Positions 20,128 through 30,536 of a stretch of 64,000 bases of DNA are shown here, in pieces. Source of the stretch: Candidatus Bathyarchaeota archaeon (lineage in GTDB: Archaea; Thermoproteota; Bathyarchaeia; Bathyarchaeales; Bathycorpusculaceae); assembly GCA_963782525.1 (NCBI GenBank), contig CAWAKC010000003.1, positions 288,001 through 352,000 on the forward strand. The letters are read 5' to 3'. Under the pieces are notes generated by a model. It ran no database searches, was not told the DNA's origin, and saw only the letters and a program-made list of their open reading frames with translations. Position numbers and translations under genes: made by a program. How positions within the stretch are numbered: position 1 is the first letter of the stretch; every line of letters begins with the position of its first letter.

Positions 20128-22212
20128 ATTACTTGACTGAACTTCCTCGCTTGCTGAGCGTAACTCTTCATTTGAGGCTTCCTGTTGTTCAATGACCGTT
20201 TGCAGCGTTTGTTTAGTTGAGTCTAAATCTTCGATAAGATCTTTTATTTGTTGATCCTTAGCCAACTCTGATTGGGTGCTGGCGTGTTTTGGCAACTTTT
20301 GCAGTTCTATTGGCCTTTTTTCCTCAAACAAAACGAGAAAGAAAGGTTCTTCTTGTTTTGCTACTTTAAAAGGTTTAACTTGAACGGTAACTATTTTTGT
20401 CTGTCCATCCTGTTCATACCGTACCGTCTCGCAAATGTCTTTTTTCGATTTTTTTGCTCTGTAGATTGTGGTTTGAACAGTAGGTCTCAGTTCTTTTCTA
20501 ACTATGTTAGTTACGTTAAAACTTGCGTTTCCAGGTTCAATTGAGACATAAGGATTAACTTGCCCGCGAAAAACAAGGATGTCTGAATTGCTGTTAACTA
20601 GCAGCGTAGCTGGAACATACGCTTTCATTAACAACTGGTCAACTTCCTCTTTTAACTTAGTTACAACATCATTCGTTTTAGGCAAAATAAGTGGATTTTT
20701 TTCAATAGAATAACCGAATGGAAGTTGCAAGGGTAATTCGGCTGGGGGTTGACCACTTTTTTTCTTGAAGATTACGCCCCTTTTCATAATTGAATCAAAC
20801 AAGGTTGCAAATTTACCAACTGTTTCAGATTCGCCTAAAACAAGGTATCCGTTGGGTTTTAACGTGTAATTGAATACTGATATTATTCTTTCTTGGAGCT
20901 GAGATTCCATGTATATTAACAAATTGCGGCAGACAATTAAATCGATGTTAGAGAATGGAGGATCCTGTGTAAGGTCGTGTTTTGCGAAAACGCACATATC
21001 TCGAATCTGCTTGATTACTTGGCAGTTTCCATCAAAGCTTGTGAAGAATCGTTTTATTCTGGTGTCGGAAACATTGTCTTGTATGTTATTGAGATAGATT
21101 CCTCGCCGGGCTCTCTCTATGTTCTTTCCGTTAACGTCGGTGCCGAAAATTTGGGTTGGAACATTTAGCAAGTTTTTTTCTTCAAGGAATTCTGTAAGTG
21201 CAATAGCCAAAGAGTAAACTTCTTCGCCTGTTGAGCAAGCTGGAATCCACACTCTTATGGGTTGATGGCTAGATTGTCTGTTCTCAACGAGTGCGGGGAA
21301 CACTTTCTCTTTTAGAACCAAGAAGGTGTTGGGTTCTCTAAAGAAAGTTGTCACGCTTATCAGAAGGTCATCAAATAATGCTTGTTGCTCTTCAGGATGC
21401 GCCCGTAGAAACAAAATGTATTTTTTAGTGTTTTCAATCTTATTTAAGATCATTCGGCGGCTAATTCGCCGATTGATTGTGGCCTTCTTGTAGTTAGAGA
21501 AATTTACGCCGAATGCAGCTTTCAGTATAGTGAATATTATTTGAGGTTCTTTTTCATCTTCATCTGGAAGTTTTGATTCTTCCATTTTTTGTCGAGTAAT
21601 CTCAGGATGTCGGGAGATTATGGATAATTCTTCTGCTATATGTTCTGGACTAAGGACAAAGTATACTGTCTCCGATGCAATAGCGCTTTTGGGCATGTCA
21701 GGGTACTGGGCTGATTTTGGATCTTGCGCAAAAGTGATTCCGCCTTCGGCTTTTATGGCTTTTAACCCGTCAGTTCCATCAGTTCCAGTGCCCGAGAGTA
21801 TTATACCGATTGATAGCGTTTTGAGCTCATCAGCTAAGGACTTTAGAAACTCGTCTATGGGTTTGAGGGATGACGTTTTAGGATGAAGCTTGAGGTCGCC
21901 ATTCTCAATGGTCATTGACGCTCCGGAAGGAATCACATAGACATTGTTCGGGTTGACTTGCATGCCATTCTCAATTTTTGAGACGGGCATTTTGGTTGAG
22001 CGTGCAAGTATTTCAGGCAACATGCTTTCTTGATTTGGAGCGAGATGCTGCACAACCACGAAAGCTAAACCAGTGTCCACAGGTAAATTTTGCAGCAAAA
22101 TTTTAATAGCCTCTAGGCCACCTGCAGACGCACCTATACCGGCAATCGGGAAAGCCTGCATAATCTTATCTCTGTTTTTGCTTTCCGGATTTGATTCGCT
22201 GAAAACAATCAC
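20128..22212 (-). pseudogene. 5' half (CheB methylesterase + CheR methyltransferase) of the IS-disrupted fusion gene
   Basis: CheB 'GASAGG', 'VQH', 'GTGTDG'; CheR 'VTTFFRE', 'CSTGEEVYSLA', 'CRNLLIY'; frame reads into the IS and stops at 20116. Confidence 0.9.
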
Positions 22213-22548
22213 CTGTTACCGTTACTTTAGCTCCTAAGTAAGTTATAAGGTTTTTTAAGAAATATTTTTCCAGTCATGTGAAATTTTTGGTTTAAAATAA
22301 ACAAATGGGCCTATTTAATGTGGTTTCTCGGTTGTTTGTTTTTATCGTGTGTCAGCCTGATGAGTTTTTAAAGTCGCCTGTCAACAGAGTTTTTGTAACT
22401 GAAAAATTTTGGTTCTAGGACTGAGTACTTTTAAAAGACTACGTTTTTTAATCCAAAATATTTCCGCTCGCTGTCACCTTTTTTATTTTTGTTAGTAATT
22501 GTTATTTAATTAAATGTGCAGTTTTGCCCTTGTTGGCTGAGTTTGGGA

Positions 22549-23118
22549 ATGGATACGTTCTCGTACATTTCCATAGTTCCATCAATAATCATTGCTCTAG
22601 GCTTAACGAGGCTTCTAACAGGCATCGGCAAAATACTTGAACGTCGCGACCAAGTCCAAAATTACTGGGTTCATATCATGTGGGCGCTCAACCTGTTTTT
22701 GTACATGGTTTTGAACTGGTGGGTGCTGTAGAGATGGAACATTCAATCAACATGGAGTTTTCCGCTTCTCATATTCCTCCTCTTAACCCCAATAGTAACG
22801 TTCCTTCAATCCGTGATTCTGTTCCCGGACCACTTTGAAGAAAAAATTGATTTCAGGAAACATTTCCACGAAGACAACCGCTGGTTCTTTACCCTCGCCG
22901 CCCTGCTTCCGCCGCTGGACTTCTTAGACACCATACTAAAAGGCGTCCCACACCTAATAGCCCAAGGCCCAATCTATATAGTAACCATCGTTTTAATAAC
23001 CGCATTAAGTATCGTTGCCCTCTTAACCAAAAACCAAACCTACCACAAATTCTTCGCCATCTTCTTTCTCGTCTACATATCAGTCTTCATAAGCATAAAC
23101 CTCAATACTTTGGATTAA
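22549..23118 (+). pseudogene. Multi-TM membrane protein interrupted by one in-frame TAG (22729-22731)
   Basis: ORFs 22516-22731 and 22813-23118 share a frame; intervening codons RWNIQSTWSFPLLIFLLLTPIVTFLQS are open and form a TM helix. Confidence 0.75.
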
Positions 23119-23344
23119 AACCGAGGAAGCTAACGAAAGCGGGTTAGCAGCATCTTTGGATCTAAAATCAGTCTCAAAAAGCTAAATAGTGATAGAAAAG
23201 CCCCAAATTCGATTTCAATAGAAAACCCAAAACGATAATCATTCAAACCCCAAAAAACAGTCTTAGCTGGGGAAATGGTATAAATTACAGTCCTGATCAT
23301 CCTTATAAAGCGTTAATAAAAATTTAATTTAGCGGTAAACTTGC

Positions 23345-24460
23345 ATGGCTGAAAAACGAGATTACTACGAGGTTCTGGGGGTACAAAAAGGGGCATCTAA
23401 GGACGAAATCAAGGATGCTTACCGAAAACTAGCTATGCAATTCCATCCTGACCGCAATAAAGATGCAGGCGCTGAAGAGCGGTTCAAAGAAATCAGCGAA
23501 GCATATGCCGTTCTCAGCGATGACCAGAAACGGCAAACATACGATAACCTTGGGCACCAAGGCTTCGACCAACGCTACACCAGTGAAGATATTTTCCGTG
23601 GAGCGGACTTCGACTCGGTTTTTCGTGACATGGGTTTCGGTGATATATTCCGCACCTTCTTTGGAGGCGGAGGATTTCAAGGGTTTGAGGAGCGCAATCG
23701 TGGACAAGACCTCGCTTACAACTTGGAAATAACTCTTGAAGAAGCAGCCAGAGGCACGGAAAAAGAAATCGAAATCCCAAGAACTGAACGCTGCGACGTT
23801 TGCGGCGGTTCAGGTGCAAACCCAGGCACGTCCGCTAAAATCTGTCCCAGATGCGGCGGCGCAGGCAAAATCCAGAACATACGTAAAGCGGGCTTCGCCA
23901 CATACATGCAGGTTTCTGTTTGCCCCGTCTGTAAAGGCAAAGGCAAAATCATAGATTCTCCCTGCACAAACTGCCGTGGCGCGGGATTGGTGAGGAAACG
24001 GCGTAAGATCACGGTTAAAGTGCCAATGGGCATCGACGAAGGCTATCAGCTTCGGTTGAGGGGCGAAGGCGAAATGGCTGATCCAGAAGGCGAACCAGGG
24101 GACCTCTACGTTGTCGTCCACGTTAAACAGAACCCTCAGTTTATTCGGGAAGGCGACGACTTATGGCACGTGGCAATGGTTACTTATCCGCAGGTGGCAT
24201 TGGGCGCAGACATTACGGTTCCCACCCTTGAGGGACCAACAACCGTTAAAGTTCATCCTGGAACGCAAGTTGGCGAAACCATCACACTTCGTGGGAAAGG
24301 CATGCCAAGGTTCCGCGGCTACGGAAGAGGCGATTTGCAAATACGCATCGGAATTTCAGTTCCTGAGAAACTTACGGCACCGCAAAAAGCACTTTTGGAG
24401 CAATTGGCTAAAGAGTTCGGTTCAGATGTGGCTTCTAAAGGTCGCAAATTCCATCTCTGA
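23345..24460 (+). CDS. dnaJ: Chaperone DnaJ
   Basis: J-domain HPD, G/F region, four CxxCxGxG repeats. Confidence 0.97.
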   Translation: MAEKRDYYEVLGVQKGASKDEIKDAYRKLAMQFHPDRNKDAGAEERFKEISEAYAVLSDDQKRQTYDNLGHQGFDQRYTSEDIFRGADFDSVFRDMGFGDIFRTFFGGGGFQGFEERNRGQDLAYNLEITLEEAARGTEKEIEIPRTERCDVCGGSGANPGTSAKICPRCGGAGKIQNIRKAGFATYMQVSVCPVCKGKGKIIDSPCTNCRGAGLVRKRRKITVKVPMGIDEGYQLRLRGEGEMADPEGEPGDLYVVVHVKQNPQFIREGDDLWHVAMVTYPQVALGADITVPTLEGPTTVKVHPGTQVGETITLRGKGMPRFRGYGRGDLQIRIGISVPEKLTAPQKALLEQLAKEFGSDVASKGRKFHL

Positions 24461-24547
24461 CCCTCTGACCCAAATGGTAAGCGGCAACAAAAATTTTTAA
24501 CCTCAAAAAGAGATAGTGGGTTTAATAGTTTTAGGAAAGGAAAAACC

Positions 24548-24970
24548 GTGTTTGATTTAGAAACCATAGTAGTCATTCAGCTTATCGTCAACATCTTGAT
24601 TAACTTGATTTTTGTGTCGCCCTTCCTCTGGATTGCCGGAAGACTCTTAGCAGGCAAACAAAAAGCCAAATTCACCGATGCACTCTGGATCGTTCTAATC
24701 GGCACTGTCGTGTTTTACTTCTTCAACTAGTTCCTAACCAGCTACATCACTGGGTTCATTGGAACCGCAATTGCTTACTTCATCATGCTCATCATCTGGC
24801 TGGGTCTGGTGAAACATTTCTTCGACTGCGGCTGGCTCAAAGCCCTCGCTATAAGCATCATCGTCATAATCATTGCTGTCATAGTATTAATCATCATAGC
24901 CATAATAATAGCGGCAGTAGGCATAGGAACAGGCTGGCTACCCACCGCCAATCCCTTCAACAGCATCTAA
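24548..24970 (+). pseudogene. Membrane protein interrupted by one in-frame TAG (24728-24730)
   Basis: ORFs 24548-24730 and 24785-24970 are in frame; the joined product is colinear with intact paralog 10099-10506. Confidence 0.78.
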
Positions 24971-25056
24971 CACCCCAAATTTTATTTTCTTTTGCAGAGG
25001 GAATTTAGATCTTTTAGACTTTTAAATTCTCTTGATGGGTATTTTCATTTACATTT

Positions 25057-25187
25057 GAGACTGTGTGATAACTCAATTGCTTTTCAAAAAATTGCTGATT
25101 TGCTCGCAAAAAGCAATGGCTGATAAAACGGCTTTTAACAACAATGAAGCAATTTTCAAAATCCAAACTGACTTTTTACACAGTCTC
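25057..25187. mobile_element. 131-bp MITE with IS1182-type ends
   Basis: GAGACTGTGTGATAA...TTTTTACACAGTCTC; ATTT duplicated at 25053-25056 and 25188-25191; no ORF. Confidence 0.85.
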
Positions 25188-25279
25188 ATTTCTTGACTAA
25201 AAATCAATCAACCCCAAAACCCCTTGATGCATAGCTTGAGGTAAAACTTAATTGATGGTTTCCTTTCTAGGATAGTTAG

Positions 25280-25777
25280 TTGGGAGGTGAATTTTTGGAT
25301 TTTTTCAGTCACAAACCACAACTCAAAGTAATATTATCTTATGACGTCATAACAAAATGTCAATGTGTTAACTGCCCCGTTCAAGCTAACAGTCCATGCA
25401 TCAAACCCAAGATTGCAAAAAGAACCGAGATGATTAACAACATGAATTCTGGAAACTTGCAGAACCTTCTGGGTGAAGGAATGATGAAGAATATGGAAAT
25501 GATGAAAAACATGGCGCCTGAAACGATGCGAAACATGTCGCAAGAACAGATGAAGAGCATGAGCGATGAAATGATGAAAAACTCGCCTCAAGACTCGTCG
25601 AAGATGCCTAAGCTTGAGGATATGCCAGGTCCCTACTGCGCCAACGGTGTTGCAACCTGCACAGACCTTGATTTTAGCAAGATGTGCATTTGTCCCAGCT
25701 GCCAAGTTTTCAAGGATTTCAATTTAATGAAAGCTAAACCTACAAGCTACTTCTGCAAAGACGGCAAAGCCACATAG
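25280..25777 (+). CDS. DUF2769-type Cys-rich protein with Met-rich insertion
   Basis: CxCxxCP...YC..G...C...CICxxCxV...YFC..G pattern. Confidence 0.75.
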   Translation: MGGEFLDFFSHKPQLKVILSYDVITKCQCVNCPVQANSPCIKPKIAKRTEMINNMNSGNLQNLLGEGMMKNMEMMKNMAPETMRNMSQEQMKSMSDEMMKNSPQDSSKMPKLEDMPGPYCANGVATCTDLDFSKMCICPSCQVFKDFNLMKAKPTSYFCKDGKAT

Positions 25778-26186
25778 TAAAATAGCGTATCGGAAATCTC
25801 TTTTTTTCTTTGTATTCTAACTTTTTTTAATTACTCCAAACTGTATCCCTCTAAGGTGGGAAGAGAGTTGCTAAGAATAGCAAAGCCAAATTCACAACAA
25901 GCAAACCCTTCTTCACAGATCTAGCAAACAATCCTTCTCAAAAACCATTATTTCCTACCAACGCCACCTTGCTACCATGAACAATCACAAAACGCCCCCA
26001 GAAAACCAAACTCACTATGGCGGCATCTATATCTATCTCATGCACCAAAAGCTCGCAAACACTATAAAAAACAAGGAAACTCCAAACAAATAAGGGCATT
26101 ATTCACTGAACCCTCCACTACTAAAGAATGTCTTTTCATCTCTTGGTTTAAATGAAGTTTATCCTACAAAGTCGTTTATAGTTGAT

Positions 26187-26357
26187 TTGTCTCGTGCTTG
26201 TGATGCTTGCGGTGGGATGATTGGGGGCGGATTCAAGTGTTGCTCAAAATGCAAGATCTACCTCTGCTGCCTATGCAGTTACCACCTGATGTGCATGCAA
26301 CATAAAACTCCGATTGTTTGTCCGATGTGCGGAGCTGAAATGGTTGGTCCCTATTAG
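26187..26357 (+). CDS. Small C4C4 (RING-like) zinc-finger protein, 56 aa, not in the ORF track
   Basis: MSRACDACGGMIGGGFKCCSKCKIYLCCLCSYHLMCMQHKTPIVCPMCGAEMVGPY; TTG start inferred. Confidence 0.68.
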   Translation: MSRACDACGGMIGGGFKCCSKCKIYLCCLCSYHLMCMQHKTPIVCPMCGAEMVGPY

Positions 26358-26453
26358 CGAGTGGGAAAGGAATCTGCTATTCCAAGATTTTCGAGTTAAC
26401 CATTAATAGAATCACAAGTTTTATTTTACACCGTATGTTTCGCTGAGTAAGGA

Positions 26454-27737
26454 TTGGGAAATTTGAGGGATTCGTTAGTCGTTGTTTTTTTGGCGATTTT
26501 AATTTTATCCATGTTGTCGGTTTCTGCGTCGAAAATGAACGCTCAAGCGGTTTCTAGGGATTGGCCGATGTTTCATGGGAGCCTCTCGCATAGTGGATTG
26601 GGAACAGGCGATCCAGTGCTTACGCCCACACTGCTATGGAATTTCAGTACTGGGAACTGGGTTTTGTCGGCGCCCGCAGTTGTAGGTGCAGTTGTCTATG
26701 TGGGTTCTATTGATGGTAACGTTTATGCCCTGAATGCTGCAAGCGGCACTCGACTTTGGAGTTTTAATACCGGCAACGGGGTTTGGTCGTCTCCAGCTGT
26801 AGTGGATGACGTAGTTTATGTGGGCTCTTGGACTAACGTTTATGCTTTGAATGCGACCAGTGGAACCCAACTCTGGAATCACATCCTCCTCAATGGTGAG
26901 GGCGACTATGTTGTTTCATCTCCAGCTGTTGTTAACGGCGAAGTCTTCATTGGTGCTGATGACGGCAGCCTTTATGCACTGAACGCCACTGACGGAGCAC
27001 TGCTCTGGAACTACAAAACTGGCAATGAGCTCGCTTCTTCGCCTGCAGTCGTCGACGGAGTGGTCTATGTCGGTTCGTGGGACGACAACATCTATGCTTT
27101 TAACGCCACCAACGGCTCCAAACTCTGGAGCTTCCCCACGAGAGACGTAGTTAATTCGTCTCCAGCCGTCGTCGATGGAGTAGTCTATGTTGGTTCGTGG
27201 GACAATTATGTTTATGCACTGAACTCGTCTAACGGCGCCAAACTCTGGAATCACAATGCAGGCGGCATGGTTGCTTCATCTCCAGCGGTTGTAGGAGGCA
27301 TAGTATACGTGGGGTCATGGAACGACAACTTTTATGCATTGAACGCTTCTAGCGGCAGCCAACTTTGGAACTATACTACAGGCGACGTGGTTGGTACAGC
27401 GCCTGTTGTTGTAGGCAACGTAGTTTACGTCGGGTCGAATGATGATAACCTATATGCTTTCAACACAACTAAAGGCGCTAAACTCTGGAATTTCACCAGC
27501 GACGGCGTGGCTGGTTCTCCCGCGTTTGTCAACGACGTAATCTACTATGGCGGCGGCAACGATGTTTACGCTTTGGGCAATTCACACGCATCTTCTTCGA
27601 CTTCAAACTCTAACTCTTTACCCATCATAGTTGGATTAGTAGTTACGGCTGTTATTGTTGTCACAGCGATTTTATTAGCATCTAAAAAACTAAAAGCTAA
27701 ACCGGAAAACCCCGAGTCCAGATTACACTCAAGTTAA
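26454..27737 (+). CDS. PQQ-like beta-propeller repeat surface protein
   Basis: Signal peptide, 'DWPMFHG', ~8 repeats of SSPAVVDGVVYVGSxDxxVYALNAxxGxxLW, C-terminal TM. Confidence 0.92.
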   Translation: MGNLRDSLVVVFLAILILSMLSVSASKMNAQAVSRDWPMFHGSLSHSGLGTGDPVLTPTLLWNFSTGNWVLSAPAVVGAVVYVGSIDGNVYALNAASGTRLWSFNTGNGVWSSPAVVDDVVYVGSWTNVYALNATSGTQLWNHILLNGEGDYVVSSPAVVNGEVFIGADDGSLYALNATDGALLWNYKTGNELASSPAVVDGVVYVGSWDDNIYAFNATNGSKLWSFPTRDVVNSSPAVVDGVVYVGSWDNYVYALNSSNGAKLWNHNAGGMVASSPAVVGGIVYVGSWNDNFYALNASSGSQLWNYTTGDVVGTAPVVVGNVVYVGSNDDNLYAFNTTKGAKLWNFTSDGVAGSPAFVNDVIYYGGGNDVYALGNSHASSSTSNSNSLPIIVGLVVTAVIVVTAILLASKKLKAKPENPESRLHSS

Positions 27738-27779
27738 AATAGATTATAAAAAAATAAAAAAAGAAATGTTGTTTATGTT

Positions 27780-29750
27780 TTAGGCTTTTTTATCGAGTTG
27801 TTTGCGTAGTTCTGCGTATGTTGCTTTGATGTCTTCGATGCTGCCTTCGTCTTCGATGGTGGATGTGTCGCCTAGTGGTGCTCCAGTTAGGACTGCTTTG
27901 AGGAGTCTGCGCATGATTTTGCCGCTGCGGGTTTTGGGTAATTTGTTAACGATGATGACAGCGTCGGGGGTTGCGATTGGGCCGATGGTTGTGCGGACGT
28001 GTTTTGTGAGTTCAGCGCGTAGTTCGTCTGATGGTTGGAATCCTTGGCGTAATACTACGAATGCTACTGGGACTTCGCCTTTGACTGCGTCTTCTTTGCC
28101 CATGACTGCTGCTTCTGAGACTGCTGGGTGAGATACAAGTGCGCTTTCGAGTTCGACGGTGCCGATTCTGTGTCCTGCAACTTTTAAGACTTCGTCTGCT
28201 CTGCCAAGTAGCCAGAAGTATCCATCTGGGTCACGGATTGCGTAGTCGCCGACATAGTAGATACCTGGCCATTTGCCAAAGTATGTTTGTTTGAAGCGGT
28301 CAGCGTCTTTCCAAACGGTCTGTAACATTCCTGGCCATGGAGACTTTATGACTAGATAGCCTTTGTTACCTTGTGCCACTGATTGTCCTTTTTCGTCGAC
28401 GATGTCAGCGTTAACTCCAGGCAAAGGCAACGTTGCTGAGCCCGGTTTGAGCGGTGTCATTTCTATGCCTGCTGCGGGTGAAATCATGAAGCCGCCTGTT
28501 TCTGTTTGCCACCAAGTGTCGATGATTGGTAAGCGATCTTTGCCGATTACGCGGTAATACCATTTCCAAGCTTCTGGATTGATAGCTTCGCCTACTGAGC
28601 CGAGTTCACGTAGCGTGGACAGGTCGTGTTTGTTAACCCATTCTTCACCGAATTTCATGAACATACGAACTGCGGTTGGGGTGCCGTAGAGTATTGTGAT
28701 GCCGTGGTTTTCAATCATGCTCCACCAGCGGTCTTGTGCTGGGAAGTCTGGGGTACCTTCGAAGAGGAACGCGGTTATGCCGTGGCTAAGTGGCGCGTAA
28801 ACGTTGTATGTGTGACCGGTAATCCAGCCGATGTCTGCAACGCACCAGTAGATGTCTTCGTCGTTGGGGTTAAATGCCCATTTCAGGGTCCAGTAAGCCC
28901 AAACGAGGTAGCCACCGGTGCCGTGTTGGACGCCTTTTGGTTTGCCGGTTGTTCCTGAAGTGTAGAGGATGAACAGTGGGTCGGTTGATTTCATGCTTTC
29001 TGGTTCAACGTAAGCATTTGCGCCTGCTGCTGTGAGCGCGTCGTGGTACCAAACGTCTCGTCCTTCTTTCATTTGGACGTTTTGACCTGTGCGTTTGACA
29101 ACGAGGACTTTCTCGATGTTTGGCATCAAGGGTGCTGCCCGGTCTGCGTTGTCTTTGATTCCAACTGGTTTGCCTCTGCGGAAGCTGCCGTCTGAGGTTA
29201 TGAGGATTTTTGCTTCACAGTCGTTAACACGGTCTGCAAGTGCTTCTGCGCTAAATCCTGAGAAGACAACGGTGTGAACTCCTCCGAGTCTTGCGATTGC
29301 AAGCAAGCTGATTGGCAACTCTGGAATGACGGGTAAGAAGACTGCGACGCGGTCGCCTTTTTTGACGCCTAGGTCTTTTAGTGCTTTTGCAACTTTGTTT
29401 ACTTCACGGTATAGTTGGTAGTAAGTGTAAGTTTTTACTTCACCCATCTCGCCTTCCCAAATGTAGGCAAGCTTGTTTTTGCGTGCGGTTTTCACGTGGC
29501 GGTCAAGTGCGTTGTAGCAGATGTTGAGTTCTCCATCGGGGAACCATTTAAAGAACGGCGGGTTCGAGTCATCTAACATTTTGGTTGGCGCTTTGAACCA
29601 GTCGATGGCTTTCGCTTTTTCTGCCCAGAACTCATCCGGGTTCTTTATGGATTCTTCCCATACTTTTTTGCGTATTTCTCCAGAAGAAACCTTTGCAATA
29701 CTTGGACTGTATCTTTCATTGAAAGGTAAACTATCTGACATGTCTATCAT
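27780..29750 (-). CDS. acs: Acetyl-CoA synthetase (AMP-forming)
   Basis: 'YTSGTTGKPKG', 'DTWWQTETGG', 'LPKTRSGKIMRR'. Confidence 0.96.
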   Translation of the reverse strand: MIDMSDSLPFNERYSPSIAKVSSGEIRKKVWEESIKNPDEFWAEKAKAIDWFKAPTKMLDDSNPPFFKWFPDGELNICYNALDRHVKTARKNKLAYIWEGEMGEVKTYTYYQLYREVNKVAKALKDLGVKKGDRVAVFLPVIPELPISLLAIARLGGVHTVVFSGFSAEALADRVNDCEAKILITSDGSFRRGKPVGIKDNADRAAPLMPNIEKVLVVKRTGQNVQMKEGRDVWYHDALTAAGANAYVEPESMKSTDPLFILYTSGTTGKPKGVQHGTGGYLVWAYWTLKWAFNPNDEDIYWCVADIGWITGHTYNVYAPLSHGITAFLFEGTPDFPAQDRWWSMIENHGITILYGTPTAVRMFMKFGEEWVNKHDLSTLRELGSVGEAINPEAWKWYYRVIGKDRLPIIDTWWQTETGGFMISPAAGIEMTPLKPGSATLPLPGVNADIVDEKGQSVAQGNKGYLVIKSPWPGMLQTVWKDADRFKQTYFGKWPGIYYVGDYAIRDPDGYFWLLGRADEVLKVAGHRIGTVELESALVSHPAVSEAAVMGKEDAVKGEVPVAFVVLRQGFQPSDELRAELTKHVRTTIGPIATPDAVIIVNKLPKTRSGKIMRRLLKAVLTGAPLGDTSTIEDEGSIEDIKATYAELRKQLDKKA

Positions 29751-29927
29751 TCCTGTGATGCTGGGAAGAATTAGGCTTAGAGAATATAAGTTTTTTCAGT
29801 GGTTTTTTGTAAAACAAAAAAGCGAAGACCATATTTGACATATTTATGTTAAAAAACAAACTCCTTTAATCAAGCATGCAACCGAATATTTTAAAAGATT
29901 TAAAAAGAAAAAGGGTAATTTGGAAAT

Positions 29928-30527
29928 TTATTTTTTGACTGGCAGGATTGGAAGAACGGTTTTGTTGTGGGCTTCGTTTAAGACTTCAGCGAGACCAAGG
30001 TAGACTGCACTTGCGCCGCATATAACGCCTTCGATTCCGGTGATTGTGTTGAACCAGGTTGGGTTGCCGAGTAATTCACGTGTCATAAGCATGAAGAAGA
30101 GTACAAAGAGGCTTCCGAATACGAATTGTAATGCACGATTAGCTTTGAGGGTGCCGAAGAACATTGCGAACGTGAATATTCCCCACATGAAAAAGTATGC
30201 TGCCATTGATGCATCATTAGGCGCTGCGAATCCAGGAACCAAAAAGCTCACTTTTGGCAGAACTAACAAGAGAACAAGTGACCACCAGAAGAAACCGTAA
30301 GAACTGAAAGCAACCATACCGAATGTGTTGCCTTTTTGGTACTCCATTACGCCGACGATTATCTGTGCTAAGCCGCCAAAAGCAATGCCCATGGCTAGAA
30401 TCATTGTGTCGAGTGGAAAAACGCCAGCATTATGCAGGTTTAACAGAACAGTTGTTAGTCCGAAGCCTAATAGTCCGAGTGGAGCAGGATTAGCTAATTT
30501 TTGTGTTATACTCATTATTGTTTTCAC
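29928..30527 (-). CDS. satP: Acetate uptake transporter (SatP/GPR1/FUN34/YaaH)
   Basis: '[13 protein letters not shown]' signature; adjacent to acs. Confidence 0.92.
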   Translation of the reverse strand: MKTIMSITQKLANPAPLGLLGFGLTTVLLNLHNAGVFPLDTMILAMGIAFGGLAQIIVGVMEYQKGNTFGMVAFSSYGFFWWSLVLLLVLPKVSFLVPGFAAPNDASMAAYFFMWGIFTFAMFFGTLKANRALQFVFGSLFVLFFMLMTRELLGNPTWFNTITGIEGVICGASAVYLGLAEVLNEAHNKTVLPILPVKK

Positions 30528-30536
30528 CGATTTGTT

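Noticed and set aside
23345-24460. dnaJ being separate from grpE-dnaK as a novelty
   Set aside because: Split hsp70 loci are common and nothing in the sequence suggests a special mechanism
26600-27560. CRISPR-like periodic repeats
   Set aside because: The ~120-bp periodicity is the coding repeat of a PQQ beta-propeller; no identical repeats with unique spacers and no cas genes
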